Assembly: GCA_964552115.1 (NCBI GenBank)
Contig: CAZKGF010000002.1
Coordinates: forward strand, 535 to 35,268
DNA: 34,734 bases
Direction: 5' to 3'
From: an uncultured Halobacteriales archaeon
GTDB lineage: Archaea; Halobacteriota; Halobacteria; Halobacteriales; Haloarculaceae
This document shows, in pieces, positions 33,243-34,734 of this stretch (its first letter is position 1; the number at the start of each line of letters is the position of its first letter). The notes beneath the pieces were generated by a model. It saw nothing but the letters and a program-made list of their open reading frames with translations, searched no databases and was not told where the DNA came from. The position numbers were made by a program, and so were the translations under genes.

Positions 33243-33662
33243 CTACTGCTGATCGTCTGTCGATCGCTCGATCCGAGCCGACGCGTCCAACTGAGTGGAA
33301 CTTCCGTCGGTTTCGAACACGTCGGCAACTGTCACGTAGAACGCACGGGTAGTCGCCGAGGAAACTTCGATCTCGAGATCTCGAGTCCAGGATTCCGTTC
33401 CGTCTGGCCCGTCACGTACAAGGTCGACGACGAGCGTGCCGGTCAGCGTCCGACTGGACGTATTTTCGACGGTAACCCGGATAGCAACGTCCGTAGGATA
33501 GGTGGCGTTGGGTGCTCCCGGCCGGTGGATAACAGTCGCCGAGACAGCGTGAAGCCCGGCGTCTGGGTCGTCGCCACTGCAGCCAGCCAGCAACACGCCG
33601 ACCGAGGAGCACATTGCCAGGAGGCGTCGTCGCGAACAGGAATGGGGGTCATCGGAGACCAT
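33243..33662 (-). CDS. Tat-signal lipoprotein, function unknown
   Basis: Twin-arginine SRRRLL, then an h-region and lipobox LLAGC. The mature part is beta-rich. 139 aa, ATG confirmed. Confidence 0.65.
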   Translation of the reverse strand: MVSDDPHSCSRRRLLAMCSSVGVLLAGCSGDDPDAGLHAVSATVIHRPGAPNATYPTDVAIRVTVENTSSRTLTGTLVVDLVRDGPDGTESWTRDLEIEVSSATTRAFYVTVADVFETDGSSTQLDASARIERSTDDQQ

Positions 33663-33666
33663 CAGG

Positions 33667-33945
33667 TTACCGCCGGATCCGAAAGCCGTCTACCCCGGTC
33701 GGGTCTTCCCACGTGACGTCGACACTATCGACAGAGGCGGCTGGCGGACCTTCGTGGCAGAATGTGAGCAAATCTTCGACGGCCACCTCGGGACCTTCGA
33801 AGACCGCTTCGACCCGTCCGTCGGCCAGATTTTGCACCCACCCATCGATCCCACGATCGCGTGCCTCGTCACGGGTCCTCGCCCGGAAGTAAACACCTTG
33901 TACCGTCCCCGAAACGTAAACGTGCGCACGGGTTCGATCACTCAT
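33667..33945 (-). CDS. acyP: acylphosphatase
   Basis: VSGTVQGVYFR and GWVQNLADGRVE signatures. ATG at 33945..33943 gives 92 aa. The rest of the 184-aa track ORF is an extension artefact. Confidence 0.9.
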   Translation of the reverse strand: MSDRTRAHVYVSGTVQGVYFRARTRDEARDRGIDGWVQNLADGRVEAVFEGPEVAVEDLLTFCHEGPPAASVDSVDVTWEDPTGVDGFRIRR

Positions 33946-33998
33946 CGTCCCCGGATTCGCCCTGGGCCTACTAAACCCTGCGCCGTCGGTCAGCCCCG

Positions 33999-34734
33999 TC
34001 AGGCTATCGCTCTCGGTTCTTCGTCGGCGTGACGCAAAAAATGGAAGAGGTAGGTTTGGGTGTACCCGGCGAATTGCCCACCGAGGCGCGACCGAATCGC
34101 CCTGGAGGTCTCCTCGTACGAGCCGGCCGCACTCTCGGGGTAGTACGCCTCGATGGCTTTCTGAATCCACGTATCCAATGGGACGGCTTCGAGGTGATCC
34201 AACGCAAACAGACACACGCAATCTGCCACTTTATCGCCGACGCCGACGAACTGGGTCAGATGTTCTCTCGCAGCTTCGTACTCGAGGGACCGAGCCCGGG
34301 CGGGGTCGACCGTTCCCTCGGCCACCAGTCGGGCTGTTTCCACGACGTACGGAGCCCGGTACCCGAGGCCGAGATCTCGCAATTTCTCCTCGCCCGCCCC
34401 GGCCAGGGTAGCCGGCGACGGGTAGCCCTGCCACTGTTGCCCGTCGACAGTCACGGTCGGGCCGAGTGCTCGACGGAGTGACTGCTGCATCTCGAAGATA
34501 CGTTCGACCCGCATTTGGGCCGAACAGATGAACGTTATCAACGTTGGGAAGATCGGCTCGGTGACAAGACGCATTCCCCAGTACCTGTCCCAGGCCTGTA
34601 CGAGTACGTCATCGTCCGGTGATTGGGCTCGGATACGAGGAAGATCGTCGCCGAGTCGAAGGCGGTGTCGCACCACCGGCTCGGCGTCGAATCCTGCTTC
34701 CCACTCGAGGCGTCCATCGACCTGTCGCAGCCTG
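33999..34734 (-). CDS. ogg: 8-oxoguanine DNA glycosylase / HhH-GPD family (Ogg1-type), N-terminus beyond window end
   Basis: The motif VGVGDKVADCVCLFALD plus PLDTW is Ogg1-like. I translated upstream of the track GTG (34676) and the frame stays open and protein-like (RLRQVDGRLEWEAGFDAEP...) to the window edge. Confidence 0.8.
   Translation of the reverse strand, partial: RLRQVDGRLEWEAGFDAEPVVRHRLRLGDDLPRIRAQSPDDDVLVQAWDRYWGMRLVTEPIFPTLITFICSAQMRVERIFEMQQSLRRALGPTVTVDGQQWQGYPSPATLAGAGEEKLRDLGLGYRAPYVVETARLVAEGTVDPARARSLEYEAAREHLTQFVGVGDKVADCVCLFALDHLEAVPLDTWIQKAIEAYYPESAAGSYEETSRAIRSRLGGQFAGYTQTYLFHFLRHADEEPRAIA

Noticed and set aside
1-34734. Scan for CRISPR arrays, IS elements or terminal inverted repeats, integrases, tRNA/rRNA genes, and defence-system hallmarks
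   Set aside because: I saw no regularly spaced direct repeats, no transposase- or integrase-like ORFs, and no cloverleaf-like intergenic segment. The only spacer above 220 nt is 23631..24119. The window reads as a conserved housekeeping region rather than an accessory island.

Overview
GC-rich archaeal chromosomal segment. The predicted proteins are strongly acidic, promoters are of the BRE/TATA type, and many genes are leaderless or overlap by 4 to 8 nt. This points to a core-genome region of a haloarchaeon (class Halobacteria). I support about 46 protein-coding genes. I found no rRNA, tRNA, CRISPR array, transposase or integrase. All product calls come from reading motifs by eye; no search was run.

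Content is mostly housekeeping:
- ABC-2 exporter pair, riboflavin-pathway reductase, TrxB, TFB, aIF2-beta, 3-hydroxyacyl-CoA dehydrogenase
- acyl-CoA carboxyltransferase, PurD, two thioredoxin-fold proteins, CysK, ThiI, archaeal SAM synthetase
- CYTH/CyaB, long FKBP, PyrBI, NUDIX
- the RNase P (Rpp30/Pop5)-PsmA-SBDS remnant of the archaeal exosome superoperon
- HflX, Nnr, AcyP and an Ogg1-type glycosylase

Many ORF-track entries are GTG/TTG-extended or are antisense shadow ORFs typical of high-GC DNA. I trimmed their starts by checking the DNA.

The most unusual item is 15207..16643(-). It is a receiver (REC) plus HalX response regulator fused in one ORF to a polytopic membrane domain carrying the three rhomboid-protease signature motifs. 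This is a candidate phosphorylation-gated intramembrane protease. It sits behind an orphan 168-aa gene.

Secondary items:
- a possible epsilon-subunit-like peptide fused to the carboxyltransferase N-terminus
- a KaiC/RAD55-like protein with an obliterated P-loop
- a self-contained 25-codon membrane micro-ORF unit inside an unusually long (about 490 nt) spacer
- a GroEL-like GGM tail on the FKBP
- several palindromes and repeats in promoter regions
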